Of a DNA stretch of 64,000 nt, positions 12,701 to 28,300 are shown piece by piece (the first letter of the stretch is position 1; each line of letters opens with the position of its first letter). The notes beneath the pieces were generated by a model. That model worked only from the letters and a program-made list of their open reading frames with translations. It had not been told where the DNA came from and searched no databases. The stretch comes from Eledone cirrhosa (Eukaryota). The stretch is from the NCBI GenBank assembly GCA_964016885.1, contig OZ024746.1, positions 15,066,001 to 15,130,000 on the forward strand, given 5' to 3'. Position numbers and translations under genes: made by a program.

Positions 12701-15700
12701 ATGAACCAACACTGAAGTCTTGTAATATTCCACTTTGTCTGCAATACGGACAGCACCAGCTAAAATTTGCTGTGAGGAGATAAAATAACAAGAGTTCAAT
12801 GATTTGGAGAACAATTAATGAGATAATCAATAGAAAAACATTCAACAGATGTAGATAATATATTTCAATAGCGATAATCAATATAATCAATATAAGTCAA
12901 GATAAGATGAAAGGTAGAGAGTGTTGACTGACCTTAATGTGGTCAAGCCAATGTGTGGACTCAATATTGGACAACCAGTGAGTTTCATTGATGTTGGGAA
13001 AACAGACATCTTTTAACTTCCTCAAACTGAAATATGAAAGAGAAACAAATGATTGTCTTCATGTCTGGACATTGTCAGGTGGGGTCATGTCTGGACATTG
13101 TCGGGTGGGGACATGTCTGGACATTGTGGGGTGGGGACGTGAGTGAACATTGTGAGGTGGGGACGTGTGTGGACGTCAATGAAGTGGACATTGTGGGGTG
13201 GGGAGGTGTGTGGACAACAGTAAGGTGGACATTGTGGGGTGGGGACATGTCTGGACATCATTAAGGTGGACATTGTGGGGTGGGGACGTGTCTGGACATC
13301 AACGAGGTGGAGATTGTGGGGTGGGGACACGTCTGGACATCGTTAAGGTGGACATTGTTGGGTGGGGGACATGCCTGGACAGGGAGTGGGGGAGGTATGT
13401 ATATTCTTGAACTTGTGTGTATAGGTGCATGTATGTATACGTGTGTGTATATTACCTTTCCCTCATCACATGGATGTTAGGAATATCAAAAAAGATCAAC
13501 TCTGCGTGGTGATAAGCATCTTCGTTCTCGTATCCTCCACCTTTAGCCTGGAAAATAGCAGGGAAAATAGATTTACTTCTGTACCACCTAACTACATCAC
13601 ACACTGCCTCTCTCACACATTATCTACACTATCTCTCACACACACACACACATTATCTACACTATCTCTCACACACACACACACATTATCTACACTATCT
13701 CTCTCACACACACACACATTATCTACACTATCTCTCTCACACACACACACACATTATCTACACTATCTCTCACACACACACACACACATTATCTACACTA
13801 TCTCTCACACACACACATTATCTACACTATCTCTCACACACACACACATTATCTACACTATCTCTCACATACACACACACATTATCTACACTATCTCTCA
13901 CACACACACACACATTATCTACACTATCTCTCTCACACACACACACACACATTATCTACACTATCTCTCACACACACACACACACATTATCTACACTATC
14001 TCTCACACACACACACACACATTATCTACACTATCTCTCACACACACACACACACATTATCTACACTATCTCTCACACACACACACATTATCTACACTAT
14101 CTCTCACACACACACACACACATTATCTACACTATCTCTCACACACACACACACATTATCTACACTATCTCTCACACACACACACACACATTATCTACAC
14201 TATCTCTCACACACACACACATTATCTACACTATCTCTCACATACACACACACATTATCTACACTATCTCTCACACACACACACACATTATCTACACTAT
14301 CTCTCACACACACACACACATTATCTACACTATCTCTCTCACACACACACACACACATTATCTACACTATCTCTCTCACACACACACACACATTATCTAC
14401 ACTATCTCTCACACACACACACACACACATTATCTACACTATCTCTCTCACACGCACACACATTATCTACACTATCTCTCTCACACACACACACACACAT
14501 TATCTACACTCTCTCTCTCTCATACACACACACACATTATCTATACACTCTCTCTCACACACAAACACACATATTATCTACTTCACTCTCTCTTTCTCTC
14601 CCTCTCTCTCACACACATTAACTACTTCTCCTGCAACACACACACACGCAACTACTCTCCTCATACACTCACACATGGACACACATATTAACTACTACTC
14701 CTGCAACACCCTCATACATACACGCATACACAGACTCACACACAAGTATACATAAATGCACATTGAGGAGGAGGGGACAGACCTGCTAAAAGAGAATAAC
14801 TGGCCTACCTTGTTGGCCATGGCATTTGCACTCGGTCGAGCATCCATGATGAAGAGTTTGTGTGACTGAGCATTGGCATCCATAATCATTTGAATATATT
14901 GTTCATCTTCCTTGTTCCTCTTACCAGTAACTCCAACCAATGGTTGACTAGAACGGGTGATTGTGGCCTGCGACTCTGGGTGAATCCATGACATCACCTG
15001 CCAAATAGATATATAGGATCAATTATTTAATCAAACATGGAAGGTGTGGGACAGACTTACAGGTGTCACATCAGTCTCAGAGTGTGGGACAGACTTACAG
15101 GTGTCACATCAGTCTCAGAGTGTGGGACAGACTTACAGGTGTCACATCAGTCTCAAAGTGTGGGACAGACTTACAGGTGTCACATCAGTCTCAGAGTGTG
15201 GGACAGTCTTACAGGTGTCACATCAGTCTCAAGGTGTGGGACAGACTTACCGGTGTCACATCAGTCTCAGAGTGTGGGACAGTCTTACAGGTGTCACATC
15301 AGTCTCAGAGTGTGGGACAGTCTTACAGGTGTCACATCAGTCTCAGAGTGTGGGACAGTCTTACAGGTGTCACATCAGTCTCAAAGTGTGGGACAGACTT
15401 ACAGGTGTCACATCAGTCTCAGAGTGTGGGACAGACTTACAGGTGTCACATCAGTCTCAAGGTGTGGGACAGACTTACAGGTGTCACATCAGTCTCAGAG
15501 TGTGGGACAGACTTACAGGTGTCACATCAGTCTCAAGGTGTGGGACAGACTTACAGGTGTCACATCAGTCTCAAAGTGTGGGACAGTCTTACAGGTGTCA
15601 CATCAGTCTCAAGGTGTAGGACAGACTTACAGGTGTCACATCAGTCTCAGAGTGTGGGACAGACTTACAGGTGTCACATCAGTCTCAAGGTGTGGGACAG

Positions 15701-17873
15701 ACTTACAGGTGTCACATCAGTCTCAAAGTGTGGGACAGTCTTACAGGTGTCACATCAGTCTCAAAGTGTGGGACAGACTTACAGGTGTCACATCAGTCTC
15801 AAAGTGTGGGACAGTCTTACAGATGTCACATCAGTCTCAAAGTGTGGGACAGACTTACAGGTGTCACATCAGTCTCAAAGTGTGGGACAGTCACATCAAT
15901 CTCAAAGTGTGGGACAGTCACATCAATCTCAAAGTGAAAGACTGACTTTCAGGTGTTCTTTAAATGTACCTGCCACATCAATCTCAAACTGGGTGGATAC
16001 TATAAACATTTGAATTAACAAATGTGGAAGGGACTTTTGCTGCTTTCAACGATGAGTGAGTTGTTCAATCAACAGATGCAAATATGGTGATTCATTTGAG
16101 GAAGAAAATGATATGTTTTAGAAGGGTTAGACTTAGAAGCTCCTGCATCTTGAGACAAATGAAGCAGCCAAAGTGTTCCAATGACCATGGTCAGCTGGGT
16201 CTATCAATACAACCCACATCTTGAGACAAATGAAGCAGCCAAAGTGTTCCAACGACCATGATCAGTTGGGTCTATCAATACAACCCACATCTTGAGATAC
16301 ATGAGAGAGCCAAAGTGCTCCAATGACCAGTCAGTTGGGTCTATCAATACATCATTCCAACTTTTGTTGACAGGTTTCAGATCTCTGTTGATTGTCTGCT
16401 GTCAGTTTATCTTGGAATGTTTCCTTTGCCTCTTTCCAACATTAGGGTACAAATACAGGGCCTCATTAGTATGTCTCTCACTTGAGAGCCGCGTGACATG
16501 TCCCAACCAGCCAAGTCAATGCTGGCACATGATGTTAGACACACGCTGTTGATGGGGGTACCAATACAGGACTTGATTAGTATGTCTCTCACTTGGGAGC
16601 TGTGTGACATGTCCCAACCAGCTGAGTCAATGCTGGCACATGATATTAGAAACTTTATAGCAGAAAATAAGAGAAAGGATTCAAAATCCAAAATACTAAC
16701 AGGAAAGCGTGCTCTGCTACGGAATCCAGCAACATGACGTAAATACTCATCTGAGGCTGTTTTAGGTACAACCAACTGAAAGAAGAAAGATGAAGATGAA
16801 GAGAGTTAGAGATAAAATGACCATATGGATAACATACTGGATAGTTAACAGTTCATATCTCATCAGAGATTTTCAATTATGTTTGGGGGGGGTGTGTGTG
16901 TGTAAAAACTATTCAGTCATATTCAGTACAATAAAAGTACTTTTAGTGTAAAGATTTTCTGTAGAAATGACTTAGAGTTACTTACAGTACATTAATATTT
17001 TACTAACTATGGTTATTATGGTCTCACTTGTTTTGGAATAAAAAAAAGGCTTATATATAACAAATTAAGATGACAGATAAAACTTCTTGAATCATTTAAT
17101 TCTTTACAATTGTTTCAACACAAATTTCCTTAAATACAAAGCTAGGATAGACAAAATGTAATAAATAATAATAATAGTAGTAACAATAATAATTATAATA
17201 TAATGATGAGAAGGAATAATTTACACCTAGTATGTATCTAAATAGGTAGCTCATCAACAAATTAAAGAATCTGCGTCAAGGAAAGGTTTGTGAATATGAA
17301 GGAACAGAAGTTGTTATTTTAGTGACTACATCTCTACTGAAAAATATTAGGGGAACTAACAGTTATTATGTATAGTATATATATATCATCATCATCATCA
17401 GCTTCGTTTATAGAGAGAGAGTGGTGTTGGTGGGAGTGGGAGGATAGGGTAGGGGTAGTGGATTGGGGTGTATATTTGGTTAAGAGATGCCTACTGAAAT
17501 ATATATAAATATGCTCAAGGAAACAACACATCACCCGGTCTGAGAATTGTGAGTTCAATTCTCAGACCGGGTGATGTGTTGTTTCCTTGAGCAAGACACT
17601 TTATTTCACATTGCTCCAGTTTACTCAGCTGTAGAAATGAGATGATAGGGACTGGGGTCCATATCATTCCACTGCAAAGTGGTCGTGGAGGTGCCACGGC
17701 AAAAAAGCACCCAGCACTCACTGTAAATGAGGATGGTGTTAGGAAGGGCATCCAGCTGTAGAAATCAAGCCAGAATCAGTTCCCGTCCCACCCTTGCAAG
17801 CAGGGAAAAAGCGGACGTAAAATGAAATGATGATGAAATGATGATATATATATACTATACTATGTATAGTATA

Positions 17874-17936
<63 letters not shown>

Positions 17937-18202
17937 TATACATGCACCTTTGATGAGTTCTAGTGCACCTGAGCACTGTACACAATAATTTTCATTATAA
18001 ATAATAAATATATATATATATATACTGCCAGATACAGGTCTATATGAGCGAGACACGGTCACCCGACCAATCTTGCCTCAAGTGGGAGAATCTCGTCTAA
18101 CCCATGCTCGCGTGGAAGATGGCCGTTAAACGATGATGATGCTGATGATGATATATATATATATATGTATATATATGTATAATCTGTCTGCCCTCCCTCT
18201 CC

Positions 18203-18236
<34 letters not shown>

Positions 18237-18505
18237 TATATATATTGTAGGAGTTTTCCTGCCCTCTATCATTATGTCATCTTTCATTTTGTTTCTCAGT
18301 ACAATTGGTCAAAACGACCTAACCTGTAGCGTTGTTGTCTTGTCCAATATCTGTTGTGCTTTCATCCTGTAGATCTCTGTATCTCTCTTTCCTTAGAAAC
18401 TATTGGTGCCCTGGCAAGGGTAGTACAGTCTTTTGAAGCATCCTAAACAACAATACCCAATAATCATCTGCTGACTAGTCAGAATTTTCTTTCTGGCCGT
18501 TTTCT

Positions 18506-18536
<31 letters not shown>

Positions 18537-19258
18537 GAGATGTGATGGAAGAAAGAAACTGGGGTAAAAGAAACAAACACACTTACCAGACTAGGGTATG
18601 TATCACAGAGCTCATAGTGTTCATTGACGCGGCTGACTCGCCAAGTGTTTGGTATACCCTGTAAAAATATATATACAAATATATCAAATAAAAAGTTATT
18701 TGTCTCTAATATTCAACATCTCAATGAATTGGCTTAAGTTTAATATGTTTATACAAATATATATACACCATTAATGGATTTATGCATGAGTTGACTGGTG
18801 GTACACCATAATACAAATATAGATAGATATATATATACAGCTTTAATGGGTTTATGTATGAGTTAACTGGTGATATGCCATAATACAAAAAAACTGTCCA
18901 AGAGTACAAACATTGTGACATTAAACATGGTGAGCAACTAGAGGCTCTACTGTGTTTAGCAATTGAATGGAGACAATGTAGGGTTTGAGAGAACTCTTCA
19001 GTCTGGTCTAGCATGTGACAACCTCTCTAGTGTTAATACCAGAGACAATGTAGGGTTTGAGAGGACTTATCAGTTTGGTCTAGCATGTGACAACCTCTCT
19101 AGTACTAGTGCCAGAGAAAATGTACAATGTAGTATTTGTGAGGACCCTTCAGTTTGGTCTAGTATGTGACAACCTCTCTTGGGCTGGTGCCAAAGATAAT
19201 GTAGAGTTTGAGAGGATATTCAGTCTGAACACAGCTGATTTCTTCCAGAGAAGGGGGG

Positions 19259-19322
<64 letters not shown>

Positions 19323-22300
19323 TAGAGAGGAATTGAGAAAGAGATATAGAGGAAGAATCAACCCCAGTATTAAACTGGTACTTTCTCAAATTCAAAAGGA
19401 TGAAAGGTAAAGTTGACCTCAGTGGGATTAAAACTCAGGGAGCCAGAATTAATACCACAAAGCATTCTATCCAATGTTCTAATGACTGTAAATCCACCAC
19501 CTGGCATAATGTAAGGTGACATAATTAAGAATTTTGACTTAGGAAGGAACAGCTGTCACTAAAAAATAAATAAATATAACTGATTTCTATATTTTTAGCA
19601 AATGTCATAATTTATAAAGATAGTAAACTATGTAATGATGAGAAAACGGGATTAACCTGGCGTTTGAATTCAGCAAGTTGGTCTGCCACAGCCCAGCCAT
19701 TTTCTTCATAGTTTGCCTTGAACTGGAAAGCAAACAATGGCTGCAAAGAGATATTGAAATATTTAGTGAAGATAAAGGGAGACATATGAAATATTTAGTG
19801 AAGATATATACAGAGAGATATATATGAAATATTTAGAGAAGATATATATATATATATGAAATATTTAGTGAAGATACATATATATATATATATATGAAAT
19901 ATTTAGTGAAGATATATAGAGAGAGATATATATAAAATATTTAGTGAAGATATATAGAGAGAGATATATATAAAATATTTAGAGAAGATATATATATATA
20001 TATATATATATGTGAAATATTTAATGAAGATATATATGGGTTATTTAGTGAATATATAAAATATTTAGTGAGGAGAGATAGAAAGATATGCAATATTTAG
20101 TAAAGATATATAGAGAGGAATATGTATAAAATATTTAGAGATGATATGTAAAGAGGGAAATATAAATATTTAGTGAAGATATAGAGAAGGATATATGCAA
20201 TATTTAATAAAGATATAGAGAGGGATATATACAATATTTAGCGAAAATAAATTAAACGGTTTCTAATATTTATGACAAAAGATTATTTCATGAATCGAAC
20301 ATACAAAGGACATCAGTACGTCATCCAAATATTTCATGGTGGCTGAGTCAACTAGAGATAGGTATGTGTGTGTGTGGGGAGAAAGGTGTGTGTGGGGAGA
20401 AAGATGTGTGTGTGTGGGAGGGCATGTGTGCATGTTTGTGTGTGAGTATATGTATGTATGTGGGCATGTGTGTGCATTGGCCTCATGTGTGTGTGTGTGT
20501 GTAGGGGGGGGGGGCATGTGTGCATTTGTCGGCTTGTTTATGTATATATATGGAGGCATGTGTATGTGAGAGGGGCATGTAAGTGGGCATATTTGTGTGT
20601 ATGTGTATATGTGCATGTGAGGATGTGTATTGGCCTCATGTAAGGAGGGGACTAGTGTGAGAAGAGGGCTGTGTGTGTATTTGTGTGGGGGCCATGAGTG
20701 GTTGTGTGGGGAAGGGGGGGGGGGGCTTGTGTGTGTAAAATATTTGAATCCAATTTGTTACCAACTTCAGCCCCATTACTAACAACTGGGATATAAATTT
20801 GTGTGTTGTCTACTCACATTTTTATTGGTGATTGGAAAAGCACAGATTTGAATCCTGTCAAAGACTTCCCTCCGGGAATGGTTCTCTTGTTTGTGGGCAA
20901 ACCTCAGATTTCTCATGTCCTTGGAATTGGAAATAAAACAATAATTATGATGATAATGATGATGGTGGTGATAATGATGGTGAGGATTACAACAATGACA
21001 GTGATGATGATTATGATGTTGATGATGATGATGATGATGATGTAATGAAGGTGGTAATGATGACGATGTTTATGATGTTGATAATGGTGACAATGATGAC
21101 AATGATTGTGGTGGTGATGATATACTAAAGAAGGGACAACTATGTAAACAAGATGCGAGGTTCCTTACTTTACACAGGATGTCGATACGATATGAGTTCT
21201 CTCCCCTACTGGAGGCTCCACCAATCTTCTCAACACGGGAAATAACACCAAGGGGAACATCCAAAATGAAATAGGAATCCTGGAATTTATAGAAATAAAT
21301 CAATAAATGATTGATTGATTGACTGATTCAAAATGATAGCAAAAGCAGGAGAGATGCAAGAAGGAAAGAAAGAAAGAAAGAAAAAATAAACAGGAAAGTA
21401 AGATATAAAATAATAATAAAATTGTTTCTACTTTTGGCACAAGGCCAGCAATTATTCCAGTGTATTACTGGTACTTTATTTTATCGACTTCGTAGGATGA
21501 AAAGCAAAGTTAACCTCGGCGGGATTTGAACTCAGACCGTAAAGAGACATAACTCTATGCTGCAAACATGGCGTCCGACTCTCTACCGATACTGCCAAAT
21601 AATAATATAATAATAAAAAAGAAAAAGAAAAATCCATTATTACCATCATGATTATTATTAAAGGTAGTGATGGCGGCAGATTGGCAAAGTCAGTAGAGCA
21701 TCAGACATGCTTTGTGACATATAGTTATGTCCCTTTATATTCTGAGTTCAAATACTGCCGAGGTTAGCTTTGCTTTTCATCCTTACAGTCGATAAAATAA
21801 AGTACCAGTAATGCACTGGGGTTGATATAATCGACCCCAATATTTGACTGGTACCTTTTTTTATCAACTTTGGTGGGATTTGAACTGAGAGAGCAAAGCA
21901 CCAGAAGCTATACCACAAACCATTCCATCTGACATTTTAATGGCTCGGCTAATTTGTCACCCTATATTTCACAATACATCTATAAAATTATGTGTCTTAT
22001 CCCAATGTCAGCATCCTCCACATTAGTATTGTTAATAGTAGTAGTATTGTTATTATTATGTATATCAGCGGTGAATTGGCAGTATCGGTAGGGTGTCAGA
22101 CACCATGCTTTACAGCATAGAGTTATGGCCCTTTACGTTCAAAGTTCAAACCCTGCCGAGGTTAACTTTGCCTTTCATCCTTATGGGGGTCGATAAAATA
22201 AAGTACCAGTAATGCACTGGGAAATTCCTGGCCTTGTTCCAAAAGTAGAAACAATTATTATGTATATCAGCCATGTCAGTAAAATTATGGCAAACTTTCA

Positions 22301-25300
22301 TAAACATATTTAGTACAGTCATATGCCACAGTCATATGCCACAGTCACATGTCCAAAGTCACATGCCACAGTCACATGCCCAAAGGATTATTTCACACTC
22401 ACACAAATGTTCTTTTTTCCATACTAGCATAGAAAAACGGACACTGACTCTTCTATGATAGTATTTCTGATGAAATTATACATTGTTCCAATTAATTAAT
22501 GAAGAATTTTGAAGGATTTACTAAAATTAATCATCATCATCACCGTTTTACGTCCGTTCTTCCATGCTAGCATGGGTTACAGGAACTAATTTTGGCTTGA
22601 TTTCTACAGCTGGATGCCCTTCCTAACACCAACCTCATTTACAGTGAGTGCTGGGTGCTTTTTTCCGTGGAACCTCCACGACCACTTTGCAGTGGGAGGG
22701 TGTGGGGGCATATTGTCTATATGCTTCAGCTTGTACCCATGGGAGGTCGGGTACTCTGTATTACTGTGTGACGCCAGAGGTCACGGTCGTGTGTCATTGC
22801 CTTTGAGAGGTGTAATTGGGTAAGGTCGGCTTTTATCACCTCATCCCAGGTCTTCTTGGGTCCCCCCCACTCCACGGTTTCCATTGACTTCTAGTGCTCT
22901 GCACTTTTTTATGCAGCTGTCATCCTTCATACACATCACATGTCCATACCAACGCAGCCGCCTCTCCTGCACACAGCATTTGATAATAGTTATTGTATTA
23001 CTAATATAGTAACTTAATTTAAGATTCTTATATAAAATTATGTTGGAATATTTTAATATAAATTGGAAACCTTTAAAATGGGTGTTTTTGCTTCATCGAA
23101 CCAGAGCTGGTTTGGGGGTAGGTTGGTACCAAAAGGATGATGATGATGATGATGACACACCGGTGAAATTTTATTTGTCCTGACACCAAATTAATTAGCT
23201 TTATATTCTGACATTTATAAACCAATCAGAATTCTGAATTATTGCTCATAGTTATCCATTTTGATGACAACAAACCTTTCAACAACTCCCAAACCTAACC
23301 CTAACCTATACAAGATATACATTGACCCTTAATAACCCTGAATTTGATAGAATTTATAATTATGTTGCCATGAACCTGTCACAACTTTCAGTGTTCAATC
23401 AATCTATTTAGCTACAATGGATTACTTTGATAATCACATAGCTACCAGAATTATAAGTTTGATTTTCTAGTTATCTATGATTGCATTGATAATTTTCAGA
23501 GTTTCAGACTTAATATAATTATAAATCTTGATCACCGTGGATTTATCAGAATTGAAAATTATAATTATAATCATCCTTAACCCTTTAACATTTACATTAC
23601 TCTATATATACTATTGTATTTTCGTGGTAAAAGCTTTATCTTACATAATATCTCACATAACATTTACATTACTCTATATATACTATTGTATTTTCGTGGT
23701 AAAGGCTTTATCTTACATAATATCTTGCGTAATATCGAATCTATGAGATTTTGATATTATTTATTTTGAGAACAATACCTTAACATAAGTATGAGTAGCA
23801 AGTTATGGCTGGTTTGAACAGAAAGAGGTGAGAGAATTCTGTCCGGATATGGCCAGTTGAAATGTTAAAGAGTTAAGTAATATAAACAAACATTAACAGT
23901 TAGTGTTCTTACTTCTGAGACAGACAGACAGCCTTGTAGCTGTAATACATTGTAATACATTTTTCCCATTGTGCTACTACTATATTAAAATAGTGGTACT
24001 TAGAAATATTTGCTGATTTTTCTTCCTGTTTCTGTTGGTAAATCATCATGTTATCATGTTCTTATTGTTAAGTTGATCCAACCATGACCACCTCAACTTT
24101 TTGAAGGTATAGTGTACAGACAACATCATCCAAAGTGTCCTTGCAATTTTTTGAAGATGGTAGGGTATGATTAGAGGGAGATTTGACTGCTATTTCTAGT
24201 AGGTCAATCAACCATGTAATTAATCCCTCAGAAGGTGATTGAAAATGAGGGTTTACTGCTGGTCTGTTTCCATATTCTTCAGTATATCTCACACCTTCTA
24301 TTTATGACAGTAAGCTGTGTTGCCTTACTATCACATCTTATGACAGTAAGCTGTGTTGCCTTACTATCACATCTTATGACAGTAAGCTGTGTTGCCTTAC
24401 TATCACATCTTATGACAGTAAGCTGTGTTGCCTTACTATCACATCTTATGACAGTAAGCTGTGTTGCCTTACTATCACATCTTATGACAGTAAGCTGTGT
24501 TGCCTTCACAAACTTCACAAACAACAACCAATTTCAAACAAACATTAGTCAACTCTTTTGGATATTTTTGCTCAATTGCCAGTAATTTGACCAAAGTTAC
24601 CTGCAGGGAAATTTACTATAGACACATGCAGCAATCTGTTAAGATGTTTAAAGACACATGTAGAAGGCTGATAGACCATTTAAAGACACATGCAGCAAGC
24701 TACTAGAATGTTTAAAAACACACGAAGCAATCTGTTAGACTGTTTAAAGACACATGCAGCGGGCTTCTAGAATGTTTAAAGACACATGTAGCAATTTGTT
24801 AAGATGTTTAAAGACACATGTAGTAGGCTGCTAAGATGTTTTAAAGACACAACTAAAGACACATGCAGCAGTCTGCGAAAATGTTTAAAGACACATGTAG
24901 CAGGCTGCTAGGGTGTAAAGATACATGTAGCAAGCTGTTACAATGTTTAAAGACATAACTAAAGACACACATAGCAGGCTGCTAAGATGTTTAAAGATAC
25001 ATGCAACAGACTGCTATGATATTTAAAGACACAACTAAATACACATGTAGCAGGCTGTTAGGATGTTCAAAGACACATGTAGCAGGCTGCTAGGATGTTC
25101 AACTAAAAACACATCTTTCCCCAACAATGCCCTCAGAAATATATATTAGCCAAAAGAAACAGCCTAAGAACCTTAAGCAGTGTCTGCTCTGGGTACAAAT
25201 GGTGAATGCCCTCATAACCTGGCACCTAAGAAGAGAATAAGAGAAAAATATTTGGTTAAATACTGGTGTTGGTGGTGGTGATAATGATAATGATGATGGT

Positions 25301-28300
25301 GTTGGTGATGATGGTGTCGGTGATGATGGTGGTGATGGCGATGATGGTGGTGGTGTTGATGATGGTGGTGGTGATGGTGTTGATGGTGGTGATTGTGATG
25401 GTGGTGGTGGTGGTGATGACAGTGACAATGATGACGACAAAGTAGAAATATAAAATGAGAAATGAATAGTTTACCCTTTCAGCACTTCGGAAATAAAGTC
25501 TATAATTTGTGACTGTCAAGGTTCCTTTTATAGCGCCACTGTAAGGGCACAGATATGTGACATCACAGGCTGTTGGTCGGTTGGTTGGTCGGTTGGTTGG
25601 GTAGAAGAAAGAGAAAAAGATATAAATAAACTGCACATGTTTTTACTGTTAGATTATCATTATAGTAGATTGGTTAACTTTGCCTTTCATCCTTACGGGG
25701 TCGATAAAATAAAGTACCAGTAATACACTGGGATAATTGCTGGCCTTGTGCCAAAAGTAGAAACAATTATAGTAGATTGGCAGAATCGGTAGAGCATCAG
25801 ACAACATGATTCATGGCATATAGTTACACCCTTTTATGTTTTGAGTTCAAATCCCATCAAGGTTAGCTTTGCCTTTTATCCTTATAGAATCAATAAAATA
25901 AAGTACCAGTAATGCACTGAGGTTGATTTAATCAACTTACCCCTCCCCCAAAATTGCAGGCCTTGTGCCTATAGTAGAAACCATTATTATTTTCTTTATG
26001 TTCTGAGCTCAAACCTCCGACAATCTCATCTAATTTGGTTTTAATGTCTATCTACTGTGCTGTTCCATCACCAGGTTACCCTCTGTTTTGTGCTTTGCTC
26101 CAGCCACAGGTCTTTACAGTAGTCTGTAGTAGGTTATTACATAAGAACTTCCAATTGTACTCTATGTCATATGTGTCCCATATATCTTCCCTCTCATTAT
26201 ATGTCTCACGTAAAGCTGACTGAACCTATACTTAACAGAAAGGTCCTTAAGCTTCCAAACTCCCCTGCTCTATATTTTCTTATTTGGTCTTGTGCTCATT
26301 CTGATGTCACTAATAACTAACTTATGTTGGGTGGTGCATTCTTCACTGGGGAAGGACATAGCATTCACAACCATCTGCCTATCTTCATATAGTGAGCATT
26401 AAATATATAATTTGAAAATATTCATGTGGTGAGGAAAATATAACAAGTTTAGAATAAAAGAGAAAGAAGTAAAATTTATTTGGGGGTTCTTCACTTTTCT
26501 CACTCACCCTTTCCTTGACTCTTCTCTCCTTCAAAAAGTGGAGGTTCATCAGATTGGCCATACTTAAGGGTGTCGCGGTGAGGCTGAAAAATATAGAAAC
26601 AAAACACTGTCAATAAAATCATTTCTATTTGACATGTCTGATGTCATACATTGCGTATTTGATGTCATAGACTCCATGTCTGATGCCATACACTCCCTGT
26701 CTGATGTCATACACTCCGTGTCTGATGTCATACACTCCGTGTCTGATAACATACACTCCGTGTCTGATGCCATACACTCCGTGTCTGATGTCACACACTC
26801 TGTGTCTGATGTCATACACTCCGTGTCTGATGTCACACACTCCGTGTCTGATGTCATACACTCCGTGTCTGATGTCATACACTCCATGTCTGATGTCATA
26901 CACTCCGTGTCTGATAACATACACCGTGTCTGATGTCATACACTCTGTGTCTGATGTCATAGACTCCGTGTCTGATGTCATACACTCCATGTCTGATGTC
27001 ATACACTGATAATATACACTCTGTGTCTGATGTCATACTACACTTCATGTCTGATGCCATACACTCCGTGTCTGATGTCATACACTCCGTGTCTGATGTC
27101 ATAGATTCCGTGTCTGATGTCATAGATTCCGTGTCTGATGTCATACACTCCGTGTCTGATGTCATACAATCCGTGTCTGATGTCATACAATTCGTGTCTG
27201 ATAACATACACTCTGTGTCTGATGTCATATACTACGTGTCTGATGTCATACACTCTGTGTCTGATGTCATACAATCCGTGTCTGATAACATACACTCTGT
27301 GTCTGATGTCATATACTCCGTGTCTGATGTTATACACTCCGTGTCTGATGTCATACACTCCGTGTCTGATGTCATACAATCCGTGTCTGATAACATACAC
27401 TCTGTGTCTGATGTCATATACTCCGTGTCTGATGTCATAGACTCCATCAAGAACAGGATTAATATCATCTGCAAGTTAGCAGGAAACACTCCAAACTGCA
27501 AGCTTAACACTTGCATACTCAATTGCAGAGTATTGTTCATTGGTCTGGGCAGGGAGCTGCCCAGCCAAGCAAGTTGGCATCATCCTCAACTACTCGACAA
27601 TGAGAATAGAATCTGACACACTGAAATCTTCACACACTCAGTGGCTGCCTGCCCTTTCTCATATAGCTTCTTCTCACATGCGGCATCAGATGATCCACGA
27701 AACAAACAGCACTTCTTACCAAGTCCAAGCCTGACCTTCCCATCCATGAAGACCTGGAAAACCTTCCCAAAATGTGATTGAAATCACACAAACCATTTTG
27801 GGAATCAATGAAGCCCCTTAAAGACAATAACTTTGAACTGAAGGAAGAGTGGCGAAGATCATGGAATGAGTCCAAATTTGCCAACAAGGACCTCATCCAG
27901 GACCCCACATCTAAACCAGCCGGCTTTGACCTTCCCTGAAAGCAATAGAAGTCACTTAATCTGATCCACACAACACATGCCAGGACAGCCCATTATCTCT
28001 ATCGATAGAAAATGGAAGACAGCCCAGCATGTGAGTGTGGGGACCCTGACCTGACAGTACTGTATGTTGTTCGGGATTGCCACCTCAGACGTTTTCCCGG
28101 CAGCATGGAGGTTATCCATAATTCTACAAATGATGCCTTGATCTGGCTCACCGGTCCTGACCTGCCTCTCTAGTTATTGTGCATAAGTCAAACAACAAGT
28201 ACATATATACATATATACATACACATACATATATATATACATACACATACATATATATATATACATACACATACATATATACATACACACACATATATAT

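Noticed and set aside
13602-14620. CRISPR-like pattern of constant repeat plus variable spacer (also 59108-59758)
   Set aside because: Spacers are only dinucleotide runs, there are no cas genes, and the context is a eukaryotic intron.
13425-16013. Long ORFs of 190-398 aa on plus
   Set aside because: They are translations of stop-free tandem repeats inside MTMR2 introns, antisense to the gene, and the 38-bp array is open in several frames at once.
26564-27616. Repetitive MTSDTEC / YDIRHGV proteins
   Set aside because: Artefacts of a 21-bp minisatellite open on both strands.
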